Positions 11,255-24,772 of a stretch of DNA of 64,000 nucleotides are shown piece by piece. Position 1 is the first letter of the stretch; each line of letters begins with the position of its first letter. The stretch is taken from assembly GCA_963514005.1 (NCBI GenBank), contig OY740789.1, positions 1,054,001-1,118,000 of the forward strand. Direction: 5' to 3'. Under the pieces are notes generated by a model. That model was given only the letters and a program-made list of their open reading frames with translations, did not search any database and had not been told where the DNA came from. A program made the position numbers and the translations under genes. This DNA is from Raja brachyura (Eukaryota).

Positions 11255-13170
11255 ACAACACCGAGCCTTGCCTCACATCATTTGTCACTGCCTGGCATTC
11301 TGAAAAGGACCGGTTAATGCCTACTCTTTGCTTCCTGTCTGCCAACCAGTTCTCTATCCATATCAATACCTTTCCCCAATACCATGTGATCTAATTTTGC
11401 ACACTAATCTCTTGTGTGGGACCTTGTCAAAGGTTTTTCTAGTCCAGATACACGACATCCACTGGCTCTCTCTTATCCATTCTACTTGTTGCATCCTCAA
11501 AAAATTCCAGAAGATTAGTCAAGCATGATTTCCCCTTCGTAAATCATGCTGACTCGGACCGATCCTGTTACTGCTATCCAAATGTGCGGCTATTTCATCT
11601 TTTATAATTGACTCCAGCATCTTCCCCACCACCGATGCCAGGCTAACTGGTCTATAATTCCTTGCTTTCTCACTCGAGCCTTTCTTAAAAAGTGGGATAA
11701 CATTAGCTACCCTCCAAACCACAGAAACTATTCCTGTCTATAGAACATTGGAAAATTATCACCAATGCATCCACGATTTCTAGAGCCACTTCCTGAAGTA
11801 CCCTGGGATGCAGACCATCAGGCCCTGGGGATTTATCAGCCTTCAGTCCCATCAGTCTATCCAACACCATTTCCTGCCTAATGTGGATTTCCTTCAGTTC
11901 CTCCTTCACCCCACCTCGGTCCCCTAGTATTTCTGAGAGATTGTTTGTGTCTTCCTTAGTAAATACTGAACCAAAGTACTTATTTAACATTCTGCCATTT
12001 CCTTGCTTTCCGTTAGAAATTCACCTCTCTGACCAACATTTTCCTCACTGATCTTATCCTGTTTACATATTTAAAGAAGCTATTGCAGTCAATGTTGATA
12101 TTCCACGCAAGCGTTCTTTCATGCTCTCTTTTCCCGCTCTTATTTAACCCTTGTTTCCTCCCCTCTTGAGTTCTCCACCATCAACACTATAAGTATAATT
12201 TGCCCATCTATCCTAGCCAATTCCCGACTCATACCCTCAACGTCTCTTAATAGTTAGTTAATAACATTTGGCTTGGCGCTGCATATAAAAGATGCTTCAA
12301 TCCCTTGTGTTATGGTCTTGGAGACAACACATCATTCCTCCACAGTGAACATATTATAATCAGTTTCCATTTAAATCAGAAAAAGCATTTCCCTCACATT
12401 TGATCCTCGCTTACCATCTTAAATCCATTTTAATTTACGTGAAGCCACCACCATTCAATGGTCATCAATGATAGGCTGGTTTATACATAAATTGCTAGAT
12501 TCTGTAGAACATGGATGTGCTGAGGGATCTTGGAGTCCAAGTTCATAGCTCGCTGCAGTTGGCAGCACATGTAGGTGGTAAAGTGGACGAATGGTGTGCT
12601 TGTGTTCATTGCTGGGGGTATTGAGCAGTTCTATATGAGTTTGATGAGGCTGCAATTGGAGTATTGAGTACAGATCCGATCGCCCCATTAAAGGGAAGGA
12701 ATGGAGGTTTTGGAGAGGGTACCAGACAGGTTAACCAGAATGCTGCCTGGATCAGCCACAGGGAGAGATTGGCTATCCGGGGATTGTTTTCTCTGGAATG
12801 TTGGAGGTTCATGGGAGACTTGATGGGAGTACATACAATGATGAGAGTCATTGATAGGGTGGACATTCAGTATCATTTTCCAGGATGGAAATGTCCAACA
12901 CGAGAAGACGTTGCTACAAGGTGTGAGGGGGAACGTTTAATGCAGATGGGCCAGGCAAGTATTTTACACGGAGTGTGGTACGGACCTGGAACACATGATG
13001 GTGGTGGTGTGGGTGGCTATGATAGCGGTGTTTAACAGGCTCATTGTAGGTACAGGGAAATGCACAGAGTACAAGGATATGGATCAGGACAGGCCGATCA
13101 ATTTAATTGGGCTTAATGTTCGACACAACATTGCGATCCTAAGGTCCCGTTACAGCCGATATTCAATAAA
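11255..13170. mobile_element. Degenerate CR1 fragments (11255-~12190 minus; ~12450-13170 plus)
   Basis: KSPGPDGLHPR and NYRPVSL on minus; a decayed RT C-terminus on plus. Confidence 0.8.
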
Positions 13171-13269
13171 TCTCTGCACCTGTGTATGTATTTTTAGTCT
13201 GTTTTCTGTATTCACCACGATCAGAGGCAACACGCATTTTACCTGTTTATATCATGTTGTTTATGTCAT

Positions 13270-13965
13270 CTCACAATATCATAATCATAACCATAATCAT
13301 ACTTTATTAGCCAAGTATGTTTTGCAATATACGAGGAATTCATTTTGCCGTACAGACATACTGATAAAAAGCAACAGAACACACAAACTCCATTTAACAC
13401 GAACATCCACCACAGTGACTCCTCCACATTCCTCACTGTGATGGAAGGTGAAATATACTTCAATCTCTTCCCATCTTTGTTCTCCCGTGGTCCTGGGCCT
13501 CGAGCCTTGCGTTGATCTTGACTCTTGTAGCCGGCGTCAGGGTGATCAAGCTCCTACATCGGGGGGATCTCTGCTCCCCGTGCCGGGCGATCTGACCCCC
13601 GGGTCGGGGCGGGTCAAACCTTCCGCGTTGCTGGAGCTTCCCGACTCTGTCTCCCCCGAGACTGCGAGCTCTTTAATGTGAAACTCCGCAGGCCACGGTT
13701 GGAACGTGGATCCCAGGCAAGGAATCGGCTCCGATGGTGAGTCCACGCCCGGCGGTGGGGCTCAACGTCAGTCCCGAGCGAGGCCTCCAGCTGCACGATG
13801 TTAGGCCGCAGAGCGACTGGAGATACGACCCAGAAAACAGTCGCATCTCCGGCACGGTGAGAGATTAAAAACTTTCCCCCGATCCCCGCCCTCGCCCCCC
13901 ACATAAAACAAACCAGACAACATTAGCACAAACTTTCAAAACACACTAAAAATGATAAAAAACAA
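13270..13965 (-). repeat. Unclassified non-autonomous retroposon-like repeat with GC-rich core
   Basis: On the minus strand it ends in AATAAA followed by a (tatgat)n tail; CpG-rich non-coding body. Family not assignable from sequence alone. Confidence 0.45.
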
Positions 13966-14119
13966 CGATATATTGTCCAACTTGTTGTTTTATCTAACCT
14001 TGTCTTGGCCCCGCATAAACCATATTAGACCCAGCCCCCATATTCATTAAACTCACTCTACATGAAAAGGCAATAATGACCGCTCTTTTCACAATGCATC
14101 GTGTTCTCTTTTCTCATAT

Positions 14120-14420
14120 TTAGTTTTGTTTAGTTTGGAGACACAGCGCGGAAACAAGCCCTTCGGACCTCCGAGTCCACACCGACCAGTGGTCCCCATA
14201 CACTCGCACTATCCAACACACTGTGGACAATCTACATTCCTTTCCAAAGCCAATTAACCAACAAAGCTGGACGTCTTTGGAGTGTGGGAGGAAACCGGAG
14301 CACCCGGAGGAGACACACGCGGGGTCACATGGAGAAGGACATACACCGTACAGTCAGCCTCCAGTCAGGATGGAATCTGGGCCTGTGGTGCTGTAAGGCA
14401 GCAACTCTACCACTGTGCCA
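14120..14420 (-). mobile_element. tRNA-derived SINE with CR1-like 3' tail (HE1/V-SINE type)
   Basis: tRNA-like head tggcacagtggtagagttgctgcc, core ccgggtgctccggtttcctcccacac, CR1-type end gggcttgtttccgcgctgt and a (ctaaa)n tail. Confidence 0.75.
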
Positions 14421-15299
14421 GCTGTCGCCCCTTATGCCACTGTACCACCCCTATATCTACTATAATACACATCATCCTTGTTTATGGGCTGTATTTATTT
14501 ATATGACATTTTGAATCTCTAACCTAAAAAAATAAAATAACTATAGTGCCATGTTGTGAAGCACAATTCCATGTCACATTAGGCCTTCATCTCCATACTT
14601 TACACTGAAACACGCATCCATCTGTCAAGCCCAACGTCTGTATTTGCTTAAATCACAATCTGCCTCGACCTTCTGCACCTTACACTGAGCACACTCCGCA
14701 ATAGTCTTGCAAAGACACTGCATAGACCATAGAAATGTACAGCACAGTTTCATGCCTTTCGACTCACAACCTCTCTGCTAAATATAATGCCAGGATAAAC
14801 TAATCTCACCTACGTGCAAATCTCACCTACCGGCCACTCTCTGCATATCCATATGTCTGTCTAAATCCTTCTGTTGCATTACACAATGTGTTTAAAGCAC
14901 CTCTCCACTTCACATGCTTCACTACGTCTACAATAATTACACCCCAAAATGCCGCCAGCTCGCGGGCACGAGGGCGCGTCTATATTTATTTCAGACTTCA
15001 CCAAAAACTGTATTAATCCTACAGAGACTGTGGCAGTCTGGAATAAAGTTATCCGTGTGGCAAGTTGGGTTAAGGTCACACATTTTCTCCGTTCCACTAC
15101 CGGACCTGGGCTGCGCCACTCTTTGTGCAACAAATATACGAAAAATACAACAAGTATTTGAAAATTCTGAATAAACTTTATCAACTGATAATAATCACTT
15201 TGGTTCTCTGTTAAAACAAGATGGAAACCTAGAATGATGGAAATACTGCATCCTGCATCTGGTTTAACGTCACCGTAAATTATCTGTTTATAGATGCAG

Positions 15300-18200
15300 A
15301 AAATCTCAAAGCACTTTGTGGTCATGTTTGCAGATGATATGAACATAGGTAGAGGGACAGGTAGTGTAGATGAAGCTGGAGCCTGCAGATGAACTGGACA
15401 GGTTGGCAGAATGGGCCACATGGATATAGAAAATGTTGAGCCGTGTTTGGGCCCATATCTGTGGAGGGATAAGCTAGCCTTGGAGAGGGATCCGATGAGG
15501 CTTAGAATAATGATCCCGGGGGTGACTGGGGTAACCAATGATGAGCATTTGACGGCACTAGGCCTATGCACGCTGGACTTTAAAAGGATGTGGTGAGACC
15601 TTATTGCGACTGATTGAAGATTGAGAGGCCCGAGGAGGGTTGATGTGGAGACGATGTTTCCACTCGTTGGAAAGTCTAGGACAAGAGAGCACAGCCTCAG
15701 TGTAAAAGTACATAGACTTAGAGAGGAAATGAGGAATGTCTTTGGTCACCGGTGAATCTGTGGAATTCATTGCCACAGGCAGCCGTGGAGGCCAGGTTAT
15801 ATGGTTATGTTTTAAAGCGGAGATTGGCAGCAGAATGGGTACGAGAGAGAAAGATAAATCAGCGGCGATTGAATGGCGGAGTAGACTCGACGGGCCAAAT
15901 GATATAATTATGCTGCTATGATTCATGAATATCTGAACTTATGAAAGTACGCTGAAACACCGGAGTAACTGCAGTAACTAATGCGCTAGACATCGACAAA
16001 CCACCTGGACCCAATGACTTGAATGTGAGCGTTAGAAATAAGTAGATAAGTAGACAAAGAGAGTATGGATTATAATATATTACAAAATGACGTAACATTG
16101 TGGGAAAACTCTAACTGTTAAAACTGTAAAAGTGATTACGATTAAGAAGGAGGAGAGCCAGAAATGAGCACGAAAAACGTCAAATAGTCGAACATCTATC
16201 AGAGGGGAGATATTGAATTCCATGATTAAAAAGATAATATCCGGGTGCTTAGGATTCATAAGCACTTCTAACAGACTGTTCATCATTTTTTGAAAAAACA
16301 ACGGTATTTGACAAAGTTGTTGTAAGTCTTTGAAGATGGAGTGTATATCCTGGTTAGTTTTTGGATGAGGTACTTGCATAGATCAGTGATGATATGTCAA
16401 CTGTTTACAATGCATAATCATAACTTCAATAAATGCACCGTTTACCGTGTTGAGGCCTTTTGACGGCACAAATAGCGTTCCGGTGAGAAGTGTCAGGCTA
16501 ACACATAGAACCTGCAGACTGATTCCTGGGATGTCAGGACTTTCATGTGAGGAAAGATTGGATAGACTTGGCTTGTACTCGCTGGAATTTAGAAGATTGA
16601 GGGGGGATCTTATAGAAACTTACAAAATTCTTAAGGGGTTGGACAAGCTAGATGCTGGAAGATTGTTCCCGATGTTGGGGGAGTCCAGAACAAGGGGTCA
16701 CAGTCTAAGGATAAGGGGGAATTCCTTTAGGACCGAAATGAGGAAAACATTCTTTACACAGAGAGTGGTGAGTCTCTGGAATTCTCTGCCACAGAAGGTA
16801 GTTGAGGCCAGTTCATTGGCTATATTTAAGAGGGCGTTAGATGTGGCACTTGCGGCTAAAGGGATCAGGGGGTATGGAGAGAAGGCAGGTACGGGATACT
16901 GAGTTGGATGATCAGCCATGATCACATTGAATGGCGGTGCAGGCTCGAAGGGCCGAATGGCCTACTCCTGCACCTATTTTCTATGTTTCTATGTTTCTAT
17001 GTGTACTCATTAGAGTGCAGGTGAAGATATCGATTGGCAGATTTCTGGAGGAAGGATACGGACAATGGGACGTTTTGTAGGTTTCTAATTAGATCATGAC
17101 TGGAGACATCTCTAATGCCTGGGACTTTTGTAAGGGCGGCAGTGAAGGTTCACTCAGCTGATCCTTGCATGACAAGATGACGTAGAGAGACAGATAAACA
17201 GAAAGTGACCACTGCATAAAAATGTCAAAGACTTTGAGATGACCTCACTATTGTTACTATTCTGAGCTGGGTTGATGGGCTCGCTGGTGAGATTATTTGT
17301 TCTACAGTGGTGTTCAAGACTAAGGAGCGTGGATTCCGAATAAGGGCCAGCCAATGTGATCGATGATTCAGAGTAATTTGTGTCAATGAGTTGTGGCACT
17401 TTGGAATTCTCTATTCCCAAAAACAATGGATATGAATATATTGACAATATTTAAATTGGATGCTGGGGGAGTTTAAAACAATCAAATAAGGCAAGGAGTG
17501 TGTGGAATGAGAGGAAAGGTGATGAGAATTCTTAGACGGTATCCGCCGGGATCTCATGGACGAGCGAAGCAACCTCGAATGATGGGTCAGCATCTTTCTG
17601 CAATGTTTCTCGGTTGACAATAGACAATAGACAACAGGTGCAGGAGTAGGCCACTCGGCCCTTTCAGCCAGCACCGCCATTCACTGTGATCATGGCTGAT
17701 CATCCACAATCAGTACCCCGTTCCTGCCTTCTCCCCATATCCCCTGACTCCGCTATCTTTAAGAGCTCTATCTAACTCTTTCTTGAAAGCATCCAGAGAA
17801 CCTGCCTCCACTGACTTTTGAGGTAGAGAATTCCACAGATTCACAACTCTCTGGGTGAAAAAGCTTTTCCTCATCTCCGTTCTAAATGGCCGGCCCCTTA
17901 TTCTTAAACTGTGCTCCCTGGTTCTGGACTCCCCCAACATCGGGAACATGTTTAATAGAAACATAGAAATTAGGTGCAGGAGTAGGCCATTCGGCCCTTC
18001 GAGCCTGCACCGCCATTCAATATGATCATGTCTGATCATCCAACTCAGTATCCCGTACCTGCCTTCTCTCCATACCCTCTGATCCCCTTAGCCACAAGGG
18101 CCACATCTAACTCCCTCTTAAATATAGCCAATGAACTGGCCCCAACTACCCTCTGTGGCAGAGAGTTCCCGAGACTCACCACTCTCTGTGTGAAAAAAGT

Positions 18201-18730
18201 CTTTCTCATCTCGGTCTTAAAGGATTTCCCCCTTATCCTTAAGCTGTGACCCCTTGTCCTGGACTTTCCCAACATCGGGACCAATCTTCCTGCATCTAGC
18301 CTGTCCAACCCCTTAAGAATTTTGTAAGTTTCTATAAGATCCCCTCTCAATCTCCTAAATTCTAGAGAGTATAAACTGAGTCTATCCAGTCTTTGTTCAT
18401 AAGACAGTCCTGACATCCCAGGAATCAGTCTGGTGAACCTTCTCTGCACTCCCTCTATGGCAATAATGTCCTTCCTCAGATTTGGAGACCAAAACTGTAC
18501 GCAATACTCCAGGTGTGGTCTCACCAAGACCCTGTACAACTGAAGTAGAACCTCCCTGCTCCTGCCTCTAGTGTGTCCAATCTCTTAATAATCTTACATG
18601 TTTCAATAAGATCCCCTCTCATCCTTCTAAATTCTACAAGCCCAGTCACTCCATTCTTTCAACATATGACAGTCCCGCCATCCCGGGAACTAACCTCGTG
18701 AACCTACGCTGCACTCCCTCAATAGCAAGA
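15300..18730. mobile_element. CR1 cluster: old copy ~15300-15920 (+), 16514-17002 (+), and 17617-18730 (-) with a younger CR1 nested at ~17955-18562
   Basis: CR1 C-terminal ORFs. The host copy breaks at gggaacatgttt and resumes at cctgcctctagtgtg. Confidence 0.85.
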
Positions 18731-18912
18731 ATCCCCTATTTTCAAGCAATACACAAACTGATGTAGCGTTTCAGCGAACCAACGAACATCTGTGGAGGGG
18801 CTGGACAGATGACGTGTCCTAACGGGATGCTTTCTTCTGAGTAATTGCCGTCGGAGTGGGGAGAAAACTGGAAAAGAGTGGGTGTGGCAGGACAGAGTTT
18901 GGCAAACAATAA

Positions 18913-20170
18913 GTGGAAGATAGACACAAAATGCTGGAGTAATTCAGTGGGACAGGCAGAATCTCTTGAGAGAAGGAATGGGTGACGTTTCGGGTCGAGA
19001 CCCTCCTTCAGACTGATGTCAGGGGAGTGGAGGGTACAGAGTTCAAATGTAGTTGGAGCCAGCGAGGCTGGTGGGAGAACTGGGAAGGGGGAGGGGATGG
19101 CTAGAGAGGAAAAGCAAGGGCTGCTTGATGTTAGAGAAGTCAGTGTTGATACCGCTGGGGTGTGAGCTGCCCAAGCAAAATATGAAGTGCTGTTCCTCCA
19201 ATTTGCACTGGGCCTCACTCTGACAATGGAGGAGGCCCAGGACAGAAAGGTCAGTGTGGGAATGGGAGGGTGAGAAAGTGTTGAGCAACCGGGAGATCAA
19301 GTAAGCTTAGGCGAACTGAGCGGAGGTGTTCTTCGAAATGGTCGCCGAACCTACACTTGGTCTCGCCGATATACAAGAACTAACACCAGGAACAGCGGAT
19401 ACAGTTGATGAGGTTGGAGGAGGTGAATGAAGCTCTGCCTCACCTGACAAAACTGTTGGGGCCCTTGGATGGAGTTGATGGGGAGGTTCAGGGACAGGTG
19501 TTGCAGGGGAAAGTACCTGGGTGGCTTGGGTGGGAAGGGGGGAGTTGGCCAAGGATTTGCGATGGGAGCTGTCTCTGCCTCTGTGGAAAGCAGAAAGGGG
19601 TGCAGATGAGAAGATGTGGCTAGCAGTGGGATCCTGTTGGAGATGGCGAGAATGTCGGAGGATTATGTGCTGTATGCGGCAGCTGATGGGGTGGAAGCCG
19701 AGGACAAGGGGGAATCTGTCCTTGTGGCAAATGGGGGGAAGGGAGAGCAAGAACGGAGCTGCAGGATTTCGCCAAAACCCTAGTGAGAGCCTCATCTATA
19801 ATGGAAGAGGGGATCCCCTATTCCCTGAAGAATGAGGACATCTCGGATGACCTGGCATGGAACACTTCATCGTGGGCGCAGATGCGGCGTAGGAGGAGGA
19901 ATTGGGAGTAGGGGGAGAATCTTTACAGGAAACAGGCTGGGAAGAAGTCTGGATAGCAATGAGAGTCAGTGGGTTTGTCATAGATTTCAGTCGATAGCCT
20001 GTCTCCTGTGGTGGTGATGGTCAGATCTGGAAACGGCATGGAGATGTCGGAGATGGTCCGAGTGAATTTCAGTGCAGGATGGAAATGTGGTCGTGACGTT
20101 AATGGTCAGTGAGTTCTGCATCGGTGCAGGAGGTGGCACCAATGCAGTCGTTCATGTAGCTGAGGTAGAG
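18913..20170 (-). mobile_element. Penelope-like element, 3' part (RT C-terminus, GIY-YIG endonuclease, pseudo-LTR), frameshifted
   Basis: Fragments RHLQQDPTASHIFSSAPLSAFHR and KLEEQHFIFCLGSSHPSGINTDF are typical of vertebrate PLEs. A hammerhead-like motif lies downstream of the ORF at 18984-19011. Confidence 0.8.
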
Positions 20171-20229
20171 TTTTTAAACATTTAAATGATGAAGCTGACT
20201 TGAGAGCTGGATGCTGGGGAGTAAAATAT

Positions 20230-22330
20230 GTGCACAAGAATGAGACAGAGAGCGTGTGCAGGGTGCTATGATTCTAAATTGGAGAAATCGGTGTTGATAC
20301 TGTTCCATTGCAAGATATCCAAGCGGATCATCAGGTGCTGCTCTCCACTGTGTGTGAGGCCACGGTCGACAATGGAAGATGCTCGGTATGGGAATGGGAA
20401 GCTGAGCTTAACTGGCTGTGAACCTTACAGAGAGAGCGTAAATGGTCATCAATACGGTCGCCTAGTGTACATGTGGTCTCACCAATGTACACGAATGAGC
20501 ATCGCGGGAAACAAATGCTGCACGCGTGATCTGCAGAGGTGCATGTGAATCTTAGTCTGAACTGGGACGACTGCCCGCGTGGCTGGTGGAAGTGAAACAG
20601 GAGATGTCCGGCCGGGCGTTACGTTCCATGCGGATGTAAGGGAAATGCTGGGGAATGGAGCGGTTTCGGTGGGGAGAGATGAGCAGACCAAGCAACTGCG
20701 GACAATGTGGTCTCTACGGAAAGCGGAGAGTGATAGATAAGATAGAGAAAGATAAGGGAAAGATAGAGTGATACAGTGTGGAAACAGGCCCTTCGGCCCA
20801 ACTCGCCCACACCGACCAACAATGTCCCAGCTACACTTGTCCCACTTGCCTGCGCTTGGTCCATGACCCTCCAAACCTGTGCTATCCATGTACCTGTCCA
20901 ACTGTTTGTTAAACGATGGGATAGACCAAGCCTCAATATCCTCCTCTGGCAGCTTGTTCCATACACCCACCACCCTCTGTTTGAAAAAGTTACCAATCGT
21001 ATTCCTATTAAATCTTTTCCCCTTCACCTTGAACCCATGTCCTCTGGTCCTCGATTCCCCTATTCTCATGATTTTGTACACCTCTATAAGATCACCCCTC
21101 ATCCTCCTATGATCCATGGAACAGAGACCCAGCCTACTCAACCTCTCCCTGTAGCTCACACCCTCTAGTCCTGGCAACATCCTCGTAAATCTTTACTGAA
21201 CCCCTTCAAGCTTGACAATATCTTTCCTATAACATGGTGCCCAGAACTGAACACAATATTCTAAATGCAGTCTCACCAACGTCTTATACAACTGCAACAT
21301 GACCCCCCAACTTCTATACTCAATACTCTGACTGATGAAGGCCAAAGGGCCAAAAGCCTTGTTGACCACCTTATCTACCTGCGACTCGACCTTCAATGAA
21401 CCATGCACCTGTACTCCTAGATCCCTCTGCTCTACAACACTACCCAGAGGCCTACCATTCACTGTGTGGGTCCTGCCCTTGTTCGAGGATGCAAAATGCA
21501 ACACCTCACACTTCTCTGTATTAAATTCCATCAACCATTCCTCCGCCCACCTGGCCAATCGATCCAGATCCTGCTGCAATCGTTCACAACCATCTTCACT
21601 ATCTGTTGTGTCATCAGCAAACGTGTTAATCTTGCCCTGTATGTTCTCATCCAAATCATTGATGTAGGTGACAAACAGTAACAGGCCCAGCACTGAACCC
21701 TGAGGCACACCACTAGTCACAGGCCTCCAGCCCGAGAAGCAACCTTCCACCATCACCCTCTGTTTCAGTACTTCCTCGACGGTAACCCTGACTGCTGTCA
21801 TGACACTTCCAGTGACCAGATGCGACTGGAGATGAGATCACGTTGAAGATATTGGATACGTCGGAGAATGATATATTATATGTGCAGGCTGGTGTGGTGA
21901 AAAGCGAGGTCCAGAGGAACATTATCCTTGTTCCGTCTGAGGAAGGGCGAGCGAGAGCAGAACTGCGAGACACAGGGAAGATATGGATGGAGGTGTAATC
22001 CACAACTGCACGGCTAAACCACGGCTACTGAAATTACAGGAAGGTTTCGCATGTCGCTGGGTGAAAAGCGTTATCGTAGAAGTAGAAGTAGCTGAGACGG
22101 AGAAATCGAGAGTAAGGGATGGCTTCCTTGCAAGGGGCAGATTGGAAGATGCAGTCAAAGTGACTGAGAATCAGCGGGTATTAATGGATGTCTGTGCGTA
22201 GTCTACATTTTGTGATGGAGACAGACAGATCCTGAAAGCAGAGTTCAGTCACAGAGATTGTCCTCGTGAAGGTCCGTTGTTCTATTGAATTTCTCCAGGT
22301 CAGTAACACTCTCTGTAGACGTAAAGCCAG
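20230..22330 (-). mobile_element. Older Penelope-like remnants (~20230-20750 and ~21803-22330) with an inserted CR1 (20766-~21800)
   Basis: Both remnants are degenerate matches to 19150-20170; the CR1 has ORFs 20479-21180 and 21193-21801. Confidence 0.6.
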
Positions 22331-22540
22331 ATAAGCATCACTACGTTCTGCCGGATTCTGAAAGTATTGGACATTGTCAAGGTGAATTATCATCATTTAT
22401 TCACATTTAAACTCTCTGACATGTCATTTTTACCATGTTATGCTGTTTATCAAATGTTGAGAGAATGGAGCAGCTGGGCTTGTAAACTCTGGAGTTTAGA
22501 AGATGAGAGGGGATCTTAGAATAAGGGGTAAGCCATTAGC

Positions 22541-24770
22541 CAGGGGAGTGAACACACTGGACCTAGCCTATACGAACATCAAGAAGGCATTCAAGGCAGT
22601 CCCCCGCCCCCACCTTGGCTCCTCAGACCATATCTCTGTGATGCTAATTCCTGCATACATGCCCCTGCTTACCAGAGAAAAACCTACTGTGAAGCAGGTT
22701 AGGGTCTGGCCAGAGGGAGCTATGACAACACTACAGGACTGTTTTGAATGCACGGACTGGGACATGTTCAAGAAGGCTGCAACTGTCAGTCAACACATCA
22801 ACCTGGAGGAGTACACTGCGTCCGTGTCTGCTTACAAGGAGAAGTGCATTGAGGATGTCTGTGTCACCAAGACCATCACTGTACGGGCCAACCAGAAACC
22901 CTGGATGACCACAGAGGTACGTGGAATGCTGAGAGCACGTAATGCCGCGTTTAAATCCGGCGACGTGGTGGCACTCAGATCCGCAAGAGCCAACCTGAAC
23001 CGAGTCATCAGGCTGGCCAAGCGTGCCCATGGTCAGAAAATCCAGAGCTTCTTCCATGACCCCAAGAACACCAAGCGCATGTGGCAGGGAATCAAATCAA
23101 TCACGGACTATAAGACTGCTTCACCACCCTGTGGTGACAACATTGAGTTCCACAATGAACTCAACAACTATTTTGGACGGTTCGAGGCATTAAATAACAC
23201 ACCTGCGAGAAAAGGTATTCCTCACTGTGATGAACAGGCACTCAGTCTTGACATAGTGGATGTTCGAAGGACCCTAAAAGGAGTGAACGCACGAAAGGCG
23301 GCAGGCCCTGATAACATACCAGGGCGGGTGCTCAGGGAATGTGCTGATCAGCTGGCACATGTCCTTATGGACTTATTTAACACCTCGCTGAACCAGGCTG
23401 TCGTCCCATTATGTTTCAAGACTGCCACCATCATACCAGTGCCAAAAAAATCCAACATACAATGTCTCAACGACTACCGCCCTGTAGCACTCACCCCCAT
23501 AATGATGAAGTGCTTCGAGAGGCTGGTCAGGGACCACATCACCTCCAGACTCCCCTCCACACTCGACCAATACCAGTTTGCTTACAGGCCAAACCGCTCC
23601 ACAGAGGACGCTATATCCTCCGTACTCCATCTGAGCCTGGAACATTTAGAGGAGAAAAACACCTATGTGCGAATGCTGTTCGTGGATTTCAGTTCAGCAT
23701 TCAACACCATTATCCCCCAGCACCTGATAAGCAAACTGGTTCCATTGGGCCTCGGCACCCCCATGTGTAACTGGCTACTGGACTTCCTCACTGACAGACC
23801 CCAGTCTGTGAGGGTTGGAAATAACACCTCTAACATCATCTCTATGAGCACCGGCTCCCCTCAGGGCTGTGTCCTGAGTCCACTGCTGTTCACCCTGATG
23901 ACTCACGACTGTTGTGCCAGGTTTAGTACAAACCACATCATGAAGTACGCAGATGACACAACAGTGGTGGGCCTCATCAGGGACGACAATGAGCTGGCTT
24001 ACAGGGAGGAGGTGAAACAACTGGCGGACTGGTGCAATACGAACAACCTGATTCTGAATGTCAAAAAAACAAAAGAGGTTATCGTCGACTTCAGGAAAAC
24101 CCGGCACAGTCCCACACCACTTCACATCAACGACAGCGATGTAGAGGTGGTCAGTAGCACAAAGTTCCTGGGGGTGCAGATCACTAACAGTCTGACCTGG
24201 TCGAATAACATCTCATCAACAGTTAAGAGAGCGCAGCAGCGGTTGCACTTTCTGCGCCGGATGAGAAGAGCTCACCTCCCCCATCCCATCCTCACTACTT
24301 TCTACAGGGGCACCATAGAGAGTATTCTGACCATCTGTATCTCTGTCTGGTTTGGGGACTGTAGAGCCTCCGACTGGAAGTCTGTGCAGAGAGTGGTGAG
24401 GACAGCGGAAAAAATCATCGGGACCTCTCTCCCCTCAATCGGGGATATTGCAACCAAACGCTGTGTGTCTAAGGCCAGCAGTACTATAAAAGACCCCACA
24501 CATCTCCATCACGGTCTGTTCACTCTGCTGCACTCGGGAAAAAGATACCGCAGCATAAGGAGCAGAACATCAAGGTTCTGCAACAGCTTCTTCCCACGAG
24601 CCATCAGACTCCTGAATGCCATGTAATGTGCCGCCACTATTATCTATTTTATCTTTTTATCTATTTTATCCGTTTGTTATTTTATGTTGCACGGTGAGCC
24701 AGATGCAACAAGATTTCGTTCAGATTTGCATTTGTGGGTGTATTTTTGAATGACAATAAAGTCTTTGATT
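22541..24770 (+). mobile_element. Rex1/Babar LINE, 5'-truncated, with an uninterrupted ORF
   Basis: ORF 22503-24626: [10 protein letters not shown] (APE end), [65 protein letters not shown]; AATAAA near the 3' end. The first ~13 codons come from an adjacent CR1 fragment. Confidence 0.92.
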
Positions 24771-24772
24771 AC

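Noticed and set aside
10518-11366. Long ORFs across the N run
   Set aside because: Artefact of the assembly gap.
14879-15571. 230-aa minus-strand ORF and a possible Ig TM2-like exon near 15195-15210
   Set aside because: Partly antisense to a decayed CR1; no TM1 or C exons nearby to support it.
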